A stretch of 64,000 nucleotides of DNA from an uncultured Eubacteriales bacterium. Lineage in GTDB: Bacteria > Bacillota > Clostridia > Oscillospirales > Acutalibacteraceae. Below are positions 27,297 through 35,743 of the stretch, piece by piece; within the stretch, counting starts at the first letter, position 1, and every line of letters begins with the position of its first letter. The notes beneath the pieces were generated by a model. That model made no database searches, had not been told where the DNA came from, and saw nothing but the letters and a program-made list of their open reading frames with translations. The DNA lies in NCBI GenBank assembly GCA_900317985.1, contig ONJD01000001.1, positions 3,532 to 67,531 on the forward strand. Direction: 5' to 3'. The position numbers and the translations under genes are program-made.

Positions 27297-27854
27297 TCAG
27301 TTCGCCGCGGGCTGATCCGGCTGTGACGGGGTGGTCGGCGGGTCCGTCGGTTTTTCCGTCGAAGGTTCCGTCGGTTTGTCGGTCGAGGGCTCTGTCTGAG
27401 ACTGTGTCTGCGACTGGGTCTGAGACCGCGTTGCCGTCGGGCGCGCCGTGCGGGTCGTGATCCGCTTGGTCGTGTTCGGGACCACATAGTAGGTGGTGCG
27501 GACGATGGAAGCCTTCGTCGTGGTGTCGCCCTCTTCGGTGACCGCGGACGCGTCTTCCGACTTGATCTCAGTCGGGGTCAGCAGTTCGTTCTCGGTCGAG
27601 ACGATGCTGGTCGTGAGCGTGGTGGACGCCTCGTTCTTCGCCTGGTTTTTGCTGACGAGCGAAAAGACCAGTGAACCGATCAGGACGCCCAGCGCGAGGA
27701 ACAGGAAGATCCAGGCCCATTTCACCCGGCCGGATGACAGGGGCTCGTCTTCATAGTCGTATTCATCTTCATCGTATTCGTAGTTGTCGGGATCCTCTTC
27801 CAGAGAACGGATGAGGTCGGGATCGACATCGTATTTATCTTTACGCCGTGCCAT
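27297..27854 (-). CDS. Hypothetical bitopic membrane protein: acidic Tyr-rich N-terminus, one TM, Ser/Thr/Pro/Gln-rich C-terminus
   Basis: 185 aa. YEYDEDEYDYEDE, TM WAWIFLFLALGVLIGSLVFSLV, and C-terminal TRSQTQSQTQSQTEPSTDKPTEPSTEKPTDPP. Imperfect 12/24-bp DNA repeats at about 27339-27430. Confidence 0.6.
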   Translation of the reverse strand: MARRKDKYDVDPDLIRSLEEDPDNYEYDEDEYDYEDEPLSSGRVKWAWIFLFLALGVLIGSLVFSLVSKNQAKNEASTTLTTSIVSTENELLTPTEIKSEDASAVTEEGDTTTKASIVRTTYYVVPNTTKRITTRTARPTATRSQTQSQTQSQTEPSTDKPTEPSTEKPTDPPTTPSQPDQPAAN

Positions 27855-27868
27855 AAGTCCTCCTGATG

Positions 27869-28351
27869 TTACTTGTGGTACTTTCCGCCGGAACTGATCT
27901 GGAACGCGCGGTAGAGCTGCTCGAGGAGCATGATGCGGGCCAGCTGGTGAGGAAAAGTCATCTCCGACATGGAAAGTGACGCGTCTGCAAACTGTTTGAC
28001 TTCATCGGACAGTCCGTAGGAGCTTCCGATGATCATGGTGACATGACTGGTCCCGCTCACTGCCAGCCGGTCGAGTTCTCTGCTGAAGTCGACCGAGGTA
28101 CGCTGTTTCCCCTCGATGCAGAGGGCGTACGTATAGGACTGACTTGGGACCGCAGCGAGGATCCGTTTCCCCTCTTTTTCCAGCGCCGCGGCGATCTCCG
28201 CGTCCGATGGTTCCGAGGGCAGACGTTCTACGCTAACCTCTATTATATTCAATTTACAAAAGGCGGTCAATCGCTTCCTGTATTCGTCCTGCGCCGCCTC
28301 CAGATACTTCTCCTTGAGTTTTCCGGGAACGATGAGGGTCACGGTCAGCAT
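27869..28351 (-). CDS. rlmH: 23S rRNA (pseudouridine1915-N3)-methyltransferase RlmH
   Basis: 160 aa, from MLTVTLIVPGKLKEKYL... to ...FPHQLARIMLLEQLYRAFQI (SPOUT). The ORF-track 309-aa version is an out-of-gene extension. ATG 28351 overlaps the upstream stop by 7 nt. Confidence 0.9.
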   Translation of the reverse strand: MLTVTLIVPGKLKEKYLEAAQDEYRKRLTAFCKLNIIEVSVERLPSEPSDAEIAAALEKEGKRILAAVPSQSYTYALCIEGKQRTSVDFSRELDRLAVSGTSHVTMIIGSSYGLSDEVKQFADASLSMSEMTFPHQLARIMLLEQLYRAFQISSGGKYHK

Positions 28352-29145
28352 GAGGGCACCTCCGTCAGCAGGGTCCGGTGGCGGGGAGCCACGTCGAGAA
28401 GACAGTCGTCGCCGACCCGCGCGCCGCCGGTCAGCAGCATGGAAGCGGTGGTCTGGTACGCGAGGTCCGGCAGGTTGTTTTCCGAGCTCAGGTGTCCGAG
28501 GATCAGCTGCTTCGTCCCGGAGCGGACGAGTTCCAGCGCGGTATCCGCCGCGTCGTCGTTGTTGAGGTGGCCGAACTCGGAATTGATGCGCTGCTTCAGC
28601 ACATAGGGGTACGGTCCGTTGAACAGCATCCCGAGGTCGTGGTTCGACTCGAGCAGGACCGCCTGGCTCCCGAGGAGGACGCGTTTCACTTCCTCTGTCA
28701 TGATGCCGAGGTCCGTGGCCACGGAGACCCGTTTGCCGCCGGGAAGCGTGATGGAATAGCCCATCCCCTCCGCGCAGTCGTGGGAGGTATGGAAGCACTG
28801 TACGTGGAAGTCGCCGATATCGGCGGTGTCGATCATCTGGAAGACCGGGAAATCGCCTTTCAGGTGGCCTTTCTCGTCGAGGGCCTCCAGCGTGCCGAGA
28901 GAGGCATAGACCGGGATGTGGTACCGGTTCGCGAAGACCCGGAGCCCGCAGATGTGGTCGGTGTGCTCGTGGGTCACGAAGATGGCATGGATCTGCTCGG
29001 GCGACAGGCCCATCTCCCGCAGTGCCAGAGTCGTCTGTTTGGCATTTTTGCCCACATCCACCAGGATGCCGCCGGTGCGGTCCCCGATGTACGTGGAATT
29101 GCCGCTGCTGCCGGAATACAGTGTTCCGAAGACTTCACCGCTCAT
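28345..29145 (-). CDS. MBL-fold metallo-hydrolase (YycJ/WalJ-like)
   Basis: 266 aa starting at MSGEVFGTLYSGSSGN (ATG 29145, GGAGG-rich RBS). Has the HEHTDH metal motif. The pairing with rlmH is a conserved Firmicute arrangement. Confidence 0.82.
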   Translation of the reverse strand: MSGEVFGTLYSGSSGNSTYIGDRTGGILVDVGKNAKQTTLALREMGLSPEQIHAIFVTHEHTDHICGLRVFANRYHIPVYASLGTLEALDEKGHLKGDFPVFQMIDTADIGDFHVQCFHTSHDCAEGMGYSITLPGGKRVSVATDLGIMTEEVKRVLLGSQAVLLESNHDLGMLFNGPYPYVLKQRINSEFGHLNNDDAADTALELVRSGTKQLILGHLSSENNLPDLAYQTTASMLLTGGARVGDDCLLDVAPRHRTLLTEVPSC

Positions 29146-29164
29146 CGGTCTCCTCCTCTCCTCA

Positions 29165-29198
29165 GAATAAAAGAAGGGGTGCGTTCGGAACGCACCCC
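29165..29198 (-). terminator. Intrinsic terminator after murA
   Basis: GGGGTGCGTT / AACGCACCCC stem followed by TTCTTTTATT on the reverse strand. Confidence 0.8.
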
Positions 29199-29209
29199 CT
29201 GTCGTTTGT

Positions 29210-30505
29210 TCAGCCCGCGTTCTGGATCTTGTCGGGATGGTCCAGAATGGGTTCGCGGGAAATGTCTGCGCCCAGAGCCGAGAATTTCTCGACGACATTC
29301 TCGTAGCCGCGATCGATGAAGATGACGTTCTCGACTTCCGTGTGTCCCACGGCAGCGAGACCGGCGATGATCATGGCGGCACCGGCGCGAAGGTCATAGG
29401 CTTTGACCGGGCATCCGTTCAGGTGGTCGACACCCTGGATGATGGCCACTTTGCCGTTGACTTCGATGTGAGCGCCCATACGGGTCAGCTGATCGACATA
29501 TTTGAACCGGCTGTCCCAAACGCCTTCCGAAACGATACTGGTGCCGCTGGCAAGGCACAGGGCCGCTGCCATCTGAGGCTGCATATCGGTCGGGAAGCCC
29601 GGATGGGGCATGGTCTTGATGTTGACTTTGGTCAGCGGTTTGTCCGCGATGACGCGGACGGAATCGTCGCCTTCCTCCACCGTGACACCGGCCTCGACCA
29701 GTTTCGCGATGATGGATTCGAGATGCTTCGGGACGACGTTGCGGACGAGCACATCGCCGCCGCAGGCAGCGACCGCTGCCATGTACGTACCGGCTTCGAT
29801 CTGGTCCGGGATGACCGAGTAGTCGCAGCCGTGCATGCTTTCGACGCCTCGGATCTTGATGACGTCGGTACCGGCGCCGCGGACATCGGCACCCATGGAG
29901 TTCAGGAAGTTGGCCAGGTCGACGATGTGGGGCTCTTTCGCGGCATTTTCAATGACCGTGAGGCCTCTCGCCTTGACGGCGGCCAGCATGATGTTCATGG
30001 TGGCACCGACCGAGACGACGTCCATGTAGATGGAGTTGCCGGTCAGGTGGTCAGCTCTGGCGTGGACGAACGCGTTCTCCTCCATGGAGACGGTAGCGCC
30101 GAGCATTTCGAACCCTTTGAGGTGCTGGTCGATGGGACGGACCCCGCCGAAGTCGCAGCCGCCGGGCATGGCGACACGGGCTTTGGAGCAGCGGCCGAGC
30201 AGAGCACCCAGCAGGTAGTAGGACGCCCGCAGGTGACGGGTCAGCTCATAGGGTACGGTATAGGAACTGATGACCGAGGTGTCGATCTCATAGGTGTGGG
30301 GGTTGATGGCGCGGATGCGGGCACCCATCGCCTCCAGCATTTCCAGCATACAGGTGACATCGGAAATGTTGGGGATATTCTCAATACGGCAGGGGCCTTC
30401 CGCCAGCAGGGTGGCCGGCAGGATGGCGACGACGGAGTTCTTGGCTCCGCTGATGTCGACGACTCCCTCCAGTCGTTTCCCTCCGTTGATGCAAAACTTA
30501 TCCAA
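29210..30505 (-). CDS. murA: UDP-N-acetylglucosamine 1-carboxyvinyltransferase
   Basis: 431 aa. N-terminus INGGKRLEGVVDISGAKNS and the EPSP-synthase-like fold pattern. The start codon is TTG (30503-30505) with an AGGAGAG RBS. Confidence 0.93.
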   Translation of the reverse strand: MDKFCINGGKRLEGVVDISGAKNSVVAILPATLLAEGPCRIENIPNISDVTCMLEMLEAMGARIRAINPHTYEIDTSVISSYTVPYELTRHLRASYYLLGALLGRCSKARVAMPGGCDFGGVRPIDQHLKGFEMLGATVSMEENAFVHARADHLTGNSIYMDVVSVGATMNIMLAAVKARGLTVIENAAKEPHIVDLANFLNSMGADVRGAGTDVIKIRGVESMHGCDYSVIPDQIEAGTYMAAVAACGGDVLVRNVVPKHLESIIAKLVEAGVTVEEGDDSVRVIADKPLTKVNIKTMPHPGFPTDMQPQMAAALCLASGTSIVSEGVWDSRFKYVDQLTRMGAHIEVNGKVAIIQGVDHLNGCPVKAYDLRAGAAMIIAGLAAVGHTEVENVIFIDRGYENVVEKFSALGADISREPILDHPDKIQNAG

Positions 30506-30698
30506 AATTTCACTCTCCTGATTTCGCTCTCACGATTTCTCGAAAGTAAGAATTAGTATATATAGTGCTCAAATCTGAGTTATTATACCACCAGTTCCAA
30601 TAATTGAAAAGCCTTCGGCCGTCCTTTTTGGAGTAGACGGACAAAAATCGGCAAAATATCCGATTTCACTTCGCTGCGGGGCGATGAATTCGTACAAA

Positions 30699-30733
30699 AC
30701 GATATTCCAAAAAAAAGACCCTGTTCCGATGAT
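30699..30733 (-). terminator. Intrinsic terminator after the alpha/beta hydrolase gene
   Basis: CCCTGTTCCG / CGGAACAGGG stem followed by TTTTTTTT on the reverse strand. Confidence 0.85.
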
Positions 30734-30769
30734 CGGAACAGGGCCGTGATGTTACAGTTGTCAGGCTGT

Positions 30770-31687
30770 TCAGCCGGGAAGGCCTTTGGACTTGAGCCAG
30801 TCGGTGATGTCGTTGTAGACCTCTTCCTTGCAGTCGTCGCGGAAGAGCTCATGACGATAGGTCTTGTACCATTTCGTGGTGTGGTCTTTGATACCGACTT
30901 TGTCCATCCACTTGTCAGCAGCTTTGACACCGAGGCCGCAGAAGCCGATGATGTCCTGAGTGCCGGCGACGACGAGGACGGGAAGGTCCTTCGGCATCTT
31001 CTTGGCCCAGAGGGTACCGGCGGAACGGGCGGCCAGAGCGCCCAGCATGGCAAGGAGGCCGGGGGTGTAGTAAACGGTGATCATCGGGTCTTTCAGGTAG
31101 TCAGCACGGTTCTCTTTGCTGCGGGAAAGCCAGCCGGTGGAGAACATGTTGTTGGTGACTTTGATCTCGAGATCTTTGACCGGAGCCGCGGTGAAGAGCG
31201 GGACCAGCGGGTAGATGAGGCAGCGGAAGGGGTTGCCGAAGAAGTCGCCGGAACCGCAGTATACGGTGGCTGCCAGCTCTTTGCCGTAGTTGGCGCCGTA
31301 GATCTTGGCGACGAAGGAACCCATGGAATGACCAACCAGGACTTCCGGAAGGCCGGGATGCTCGGAGACCGCGATGTCTCTCATCTTGTGCATATCTTTG
31401 ATGACGATCTTGTCCGCGCCTTTCGGGCACTTGCCGATGTTGCGAAGGTTCTGCTCTTCGCCCATGGCGGTCTTGCCGTGGCCGACATGGTCTTCGCCGT
31501 AGACAGCGTAACCGGCTTTGGCGAGATGCTCCGCAAGGCCGTGGAAACGGTCGATATGTTCGCAGACACCGTGAGCGATGAGCGCGACGCCTTTGGTCTC
31601 GACAGCGTCATCGATCCAGGTCAGATAACGGACACGATCTTTACGGTCGGTAGATTCGAAGAATCTTTCTTCACATTTGATGGACAT
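30770..31687 (-). CDS. Alpha/beta hydrolase (lysophospholipase / monoacylglycerol lipase-like)
   Basis: 305 aa. HGVCEH oxyanion region, GHSMGS nucleophile elbow, and a C-terminal His region (YRHELF). Confidence 0.75.
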   Translation of the reverse strand: MSIKCEERFFESTDRKDRVRYLTWIDDAVETKGVALIAHGVCEHIDRFHGLAEHLAKAGYAVYGEDHVGHGKTAMGEEQNLRNIGKCPKGADKIVIKDMHKMRDIAVSEHPGLPEVLVGHSMGSFVAKIYGANYGKELAATVYCGSGDFFGNPFRCLIYPLVPLFTAAPVKDLEIKVTNNMFSTGWLSRSKENRADYLKDPMITVYYTPGLLAMLGALAARSAGTLWAKKMPKDLPVLVVAGTQDIIGFCGLGVKAADKWMDKVGIKDHTTKWYKTYRHELFRDDCKEEVYNDITDWLKSKGLPG

Positions 31688-31829
31688 GTTTCTTCCTCCT
31701 GTTTCTACTCACTATTCCAACTCAAGTGAGTTTCAAAATCACCTAAAATTTTAACATAGTATTTTAACGATTTCTACACAAAATAAAGGATTGTTCCATT
31801 AAATTTGACAACACTCCACATCTGTCTAT

Positions 31830-32720
31830 TTACCGCTTCAACAAATCGGACAGATCCTTCGGGAGTGGAGCATTCACGATGATCCGTTCGCCGGTCACCG
31901 GATGCGTCAGTTCCGCACGTGCGCAGTGGAGCGCGTGCCGGGCGATTTCTTCGGACGGCGTCCCGTAAAGGGTGTCCCCGATGAGCGGCGCACCGATGGA
32001 GGCGAAGTGGACGCGGATCTGATGGGTCCGGCCGGTCTCGAGCCGCACCCGGCAGAGAGTCCGGTCGTCGAAGGTCTCGAGAGCCTCCCAGTGGGTGACG
32101 GCCCGGTCGCCCCGCTCGTCGACGACGCGCAGGGTGATGATCGGATCCGGTCGGAAGATCGGGGCGTCGATCGTCCCGCTCCCTTCGAGGCGCGCGGAGG
32201 GCACCGCCAGGTATTCCTTCTCCACGCCCCGCTGCAGCCGGTCCGCCGCATAGGCGTTGAGGGCACAGACAACGACGCCGGACGTGCCTTTGTCGAGCCG
32301 TCCGACGGCCCGGAACATGACCGGATCGCGACCCTCCCGGACCCGATGGAACGTGATCCAGTTGGCGAGCGTGTCGCCCTGGTGGTTATGCGAGGGGTGG
32401 ACCGCCATGGTCCCCGGTTTGTTCACGATCAGCAGGTCTTCGTCCTCGTAGAGGACCTCCGGAAGTTCCCCTTCGAGGAACTCCGAGTCCGGCATCGGCG
32501 GGAGCTGTTCCGCGGGATCGTCCGGCAGGTTCACGGTCAGTACATCGCCCGCGGAAAGGCGGTCGATGGTCCGTACCGGCTCCCCGTTCAGAAGGATGCC
32601 GTCCTCATACGTTTTGAGGTTCCGGATGACACGAGAAGAAAGCCCTGCACAGCCTCTCAGGTAATGCAGGACTTTGCGGTCTTGGTATTCGGATGGGACG
32701 GTGAAAGTCAGGGTGCGCAT
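31830..32720 (-). CDS. RluA-family 23S rRNA pseudouridine synthase (RluD/RluC-like, with S4 domain)
   Basis: 296 aa. N-terminal S4-like region, catalytic motif GRLDKGTSGVVV, and TGRTHQIRVH. Confidence 0.88.
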   Translation of the reverse strand: MRTLTFTVPSEYQDRKVLHYLRGCAGLSSRVIRNLKTYEDGILLNGEPVRTIDRLSAGDVLTVNLPDDPAEQLPPMPDSEFLEGELPEVLYEDEDLLIVNKPGTMAVHPSHNHQGDTLANWITFHRVREGRDPVMFRAVGRLDKGTSGVVVCALNAYAADRLQRGVEKEYLAVPSARLEGSGTIDAPIFRPDPIITLRVVDERGDRAVTHWEALETFDDRTLCRVRLETGRTHQIRVHFASIGAPLIGDTLYGTPSEEIARHALHCARAELTHPVTGERIIVNAPLPKDLSDLLKR

Positions 32721-32742
32721 GCCGTTCCTCCTGCGTGCGGTC

Positions 32743-34077
32743 TCAGCGGTTCCGGATGAGCCGGATGACCGTCATCTTGGCCTTTTTCGCCTTCGGCATG
32801 AGCTCTTTGTAGAGCCAGTAGCGGAAGGAGTCGCCGACGAGGATGTACTCGCCGATGTACTCCGTGTACCGCGCGCCGAAGCTCAGCTTGAACTTGCTGA
32901 TGCCCACGAAGTCTTCGTTCGGGGACAGGGGGCCGAGCGCGCCGTCCGCCTCCATCGTCTCGGGCGAGTCGCAGAGGACGTAACCGAGGTCGTGGTAATC
33001 CATCCCGAGGTCGATGCTCCGCAGCAGACGGAGGTAGTTCATGTAATGGCTCGAACGGGTGTTGTTCCGGACGATGTTCCGGGTCCCGCCGAAGACACAG
33101 TTGGCAAAGCCGCCGTAACGGATGGTGAGGCCGCCGGCCACCGGGATGCGGGCATCGGCCGGGTAGTCCTTCGTCTCTTCCATGCGTTCATTGTAACTTT
33201 TCGTGTTCTTGTCGATGACATCGATATCGTTCTTGAGCCCCTTGATCTTTTTCTGGGGCGCGGTCTCAAGAGCCGCCACTTTCTGCTCCCGCTCTTTGAG
33301 CCGGGCATTCTGCAGCTCCGTGTCTTTCGCCTTGTCGTAGTAGACGATCATGATGTCGGTATAATCCTTCAGCGTCTCGAAGAGCAGCATGAGGTAGCTG
33401 TTGTCTCTGTGGACGAAGTCGTTGCGCTCGGAGGTGTCGTCCATGACGGAGACGAACGCGTCGAGCAGCGCCGGGTCGTTCTGGACGTCTTCAAAGGAGT
33501 ACGTCTCGCAGTCGAGGCCGCGGGACTCTCCGACCCGGACCGAGTACCGGACGCCTTTTTCACACTTTTTGAGCAGCTGCTTGCCGGGGATGAGTTCCCC
33601 GTTCTCGTCCCGCAGCGGGATGAGGGTCTGCACCGGGTGCTTATAGGTATAGGAAGGCAGGTCCGCGTTGAGCTGGTAACCGAGAGACGTCAGGAGTCTG
33701 TGGGCGGCATGGCCCTCTTCCTGAGGCTCGCCGTCGATGCGCAGCGGGACCGGCGGGTCGATAATGGTGCAGAAAGCCTTGTGGGCCTTCATCTCAGCGG
33801 CGATGAACGTCGTGAATTCCTTCTGAAGGGTCTCGTTGGTGATATCGGACACCGTGCCGTAGGGCACATACCAGAGTTTGCCCGCCAGCGGGAGGTCCCG
33901 CTCCAGGACGAGACAGGTGAGGACCCGCTCCCCGGCCTCGTCGAAGCCGGAATAGAAATGGGGCGCCCAGGCCGTCTTGACCTTCGGCCAGAGGGAACAC
34001 TGCTGGTACTGGCCGTGGTGCTCCTCGACGAAGCGGTCAAATGTTTCAAAATCGGTTTCCGTTCGGAATGTATACAT
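32743..34077 (-). CDS. FemAB-family peptidoglycan interpeptide-bridge aminoacyltransferase (FemX/MurM-like)
   Basis: 444 aa. Two GNAT-like lobes separated by a predicted coiled-coil insert (KAKDTELQNARLKEREQKVAALE...), as in FemA. Adjacent to murE. Confidence 0.75.
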   Translation of the reverse strand: MYTFRTETDFETFDRFVEEHHGQYQQCSLWPKVKTAWAPHFYSGFDEAGERVLTCLVLERDLPLAGKLWYVPYGTVSDITNETLQKEFTTFIAAEMKAHKAFCTIIDPPVPLRIDGEPQEEGHAAHRLLTSLGYQLNADLPSYTYKHPVQTLIPLRDENGELIPGKQLLKKCEKGVRYSVRVGESRGLDCETYSFEDVQNDPALLDAFVSVMDDTSERNDFVHRDNSYLMLLFETLKDYTDIMIVYYDKAKDTELQNARLKEREQKVAALETAPQKKIKGLKNDIDVIDKNTKSYNERMEETKDYPADARIPVAGGLTIRYGGFANCVFGGTRNIVRNNTRSSHYMNYLRLLRSIDLGMDYHDLGYVLCDSPETMEADGALGPLSPNEDFVGISKFKLSFGARYTEYIGEYILVGDSFRYWLYKELMPKAKKAKMTVIRLIRNR

Positions 34078-34086
34078 GCTTTCTCC

Positions 34087-35598
34087 TTACAGCTCGATGC
34101 CCCGTTTTTTCAGGGCTTCCTCGATGCATCGTTCTTCGTTGAAGGGCTCTTTTTTGCCCCGGACTTTCATGAAACGCTCATGTCCCTTGCCGCAGCAGAG
34201 GAGGAAATCTCCCGGCTCCAGCATGGCGACGGCATAGGCGACGGCCTCTTCCCGGTCCGGGATGACGACGTACTTGCCGGCACCGCCGGCCTTCTCGACG
34301 AACACGGCGATCTCGTCGGCGATCTTTTTCGGGTCTTCGAACCCGGGGTCGTCTTCGGTGATGACCGTGAAGTCCGCCAGCCGGCCGCTGGTGGTCCCCA
34401 GTTCTTCCCGGCGCAGCTGCGCGCGGTCTCCGACGGAGCCGAACAGGGTGATGATGCGTTTCGGGCCGTAAGCCCGGACGGTCTGGATGATGCCCTCGAG
34501 ACTGATGTCGTTGTGGGCGTAGTCGATGATGATGCCGAACTCTTTCGACAGATATTTGATCTGGCAGCGGCCGGGGACGCGGACGTTCCGCAGGCCTTCC
34601 TTCGCTTTTTCGAGGTCGAGGCCCATGAGGTCGCAGACCGCGAGGACCGCCAGCGCGTTGTGGACGGAGAAGTCGCCGGGCAGGCTGATCTCGAAGGTGT
34701 CCTCTTTCACTCCGTTCCGCAGGAAATCGAACCGGATGCCCATGAAGTCGTCGGACCGGGTCGGGACCATGTTCTCCGCCCGGAACTCGTTGTGTTCCGA
34801 GAGGCCGTAGAAGATCTTCCGGCCGGGGACCGCTTCGAGCATGTCCGCCGCGGCGGGGTCGTCCCCGCAGGCGGCCGCCTGGCCGCAGAGGGAGAAGAAC
34901 GCTTTCTTGAAGCTGTAGTACTCCTCGTAAGTCTTGTGTTCGTGTCCCCCGATGTGGTCGGGCGATATGTTGGTGAAGATGCCGCAGAAGAACTCGAGGA
35001 AGTCGGTCCGGTGCCATTTGACACCGAGGCTCGACACCTCGATGGCAACGGCCTTCACGCCGTCGTCCGCCATCTGCCGCAGCAGTTTCTGGGTCTCATA
35101 GGATTCCGGGGTCGTGTTGACCGTCGGCACCTGCTTCCCGTTCCAGGACGCGCCCGCCGTGCCGATGAGTCCGGTCGGGACGCCGGCCTTGTCGAGGACG
35201 GACTGCAGGATGTAGGTGATCGAGGTCTTCCCCTTCGTGCCGGTGATGCCGATGACCTTGAGGTCTCCGGACGGGTGGCCGAAAAACGTGTCGGACAGTT
35301 TCGCCAGTGCCACCCGGGTGTTTTCCACCACGATGACGTATGGCTGTTCCGGTACATCGCCAAGGTGCGCGGCAGCTTCATGCCCCGCTTCCAGGACGAA
35401 GACACGGCAGCCCGCGTCGTAGGCGTTCCTCGCGTACTTGTGGCCGTCGGTCTCGGCGCCGACCATGCAGACGAAGAGCGTGCCCTCGACCGCTTTGCGG
35501 GAATCGTAGACGACATCGGAAATGTCGGTCTGAAGCGCTGTGTCCGGTCCCTTGACCGCGGTGGTCGCGAGGCCTTCGAGCAGTTGTTCGAGTATCAT
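34087..35598 (-). CDS. murE: UDP-N-acetylmuramoyl-L-alanyl-D-glutamate--(diamino acid) ligase MurE
   Basis: 503 aa from MILEQLLEG (ATG 35598, AGGAGG RBS). P-loop GITGTKGKTS. Where DAP-type enzymes have DNPR, this protein has DDPG. Confidence 0.88.
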   Translation of the reverse strand: MILEQLLEGLATTAVKGPDTALQTDISDVVYDSRKAVEGTLFVCMVGAETDGHKYARNAYDAGCRVFVLEAGHEAAAHLGDVPEQPYVIVVENTRVALAKLSDTFFGHPSGDLKVIGITGTKGKTSITYILQSVLDKAGVPTGLIGTAGASWNGKQVPTVNTTPESYETQKLLRQMADDGVKAVAIEVSSLGVKWHRTDFLEFFCGIFTNISPDHIGGHEHKTYEEYYSFKKAFFSLCGQAAACGDDPAAADMLEAVPGRKIFYGLSEHNEFRAENMVPTRSDDFMGIRFDFLRNGVKEDTFEISLPGDFSVHNALAVLAVCDLMGLDLEKAKEGLRNVRVPGRCQIKYLSKEFGIIIDYAHNDISLEGIIQTVRAYGPKRIITLFGSVGDRAQLRREELGTTSGRLADFTVITEDDPGFEDPKKIADEIAVFVEKAGGAGKYVVIPDREEAVAYAVAMLEPGDFLLCCGKGHERFMKVRGKKEPFNEERCIEEALKKRGIEL

Positions 35599-35667
35599 AG
35601 GTCCTCCTATGGATGTGAAAACGATGAAACGTCGTTCGAAAAGTTGTCTGACAGAAATTATAGAATC

Positions 35668-35696
35668 TTGCAAATCGAAAAGCAAGCCTTTATAAT
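35668..35696 (+). promoter_or_regulatory. Candidate valS promoter (TTGCAA-17-TATAAT)
   Basis: TTGCAA at 35668-73 and TATAAT at 35691-96. The leader is only ~45 nt, so there is no room for a T-box. Confidence 0.65.
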
Positions 35697-35743
35697 ACTT
35701 CTAACTATTGTTTGAAATATATTCTTTATTGGAGGCATTCCAA

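Noticed and set aside
27869-28798. 309-aa version of the rlmH ORF, and the N-terminal extensions of the MBL hydrolase, infB, murE, valS, ribD, ribBA, rimP and the MntR-type regulator given in the ORF track
   Set aside because: The extensions overlap the upstream genes or leaders, lack an RBS and are Arg/Pro-rich. In each case an internal ATG with a good RBS gives the family-typical N-terminus.
32674-35715. 1013-aa ORF on the plus strand opposite the femX-like gene and murE
   Set aside because: It is a shadow ORF crossing two genes plus their spacer, with no recognisable domain. The same reasoning applies to 8375..10279, 10656..12539, 39551..41188, 53692..55329, 35777..37291 and 41682..42938.
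35599-35743. T-box leader upstream of valS (and similarly upstream of proS at 9659-9783)
   Set aside because: The leaders are only about 45-100 nt and contain no specifier-loop or T-box sequence (AANNNGGGTGGTACCGCG-like). A promoter and an RBS fill the space.
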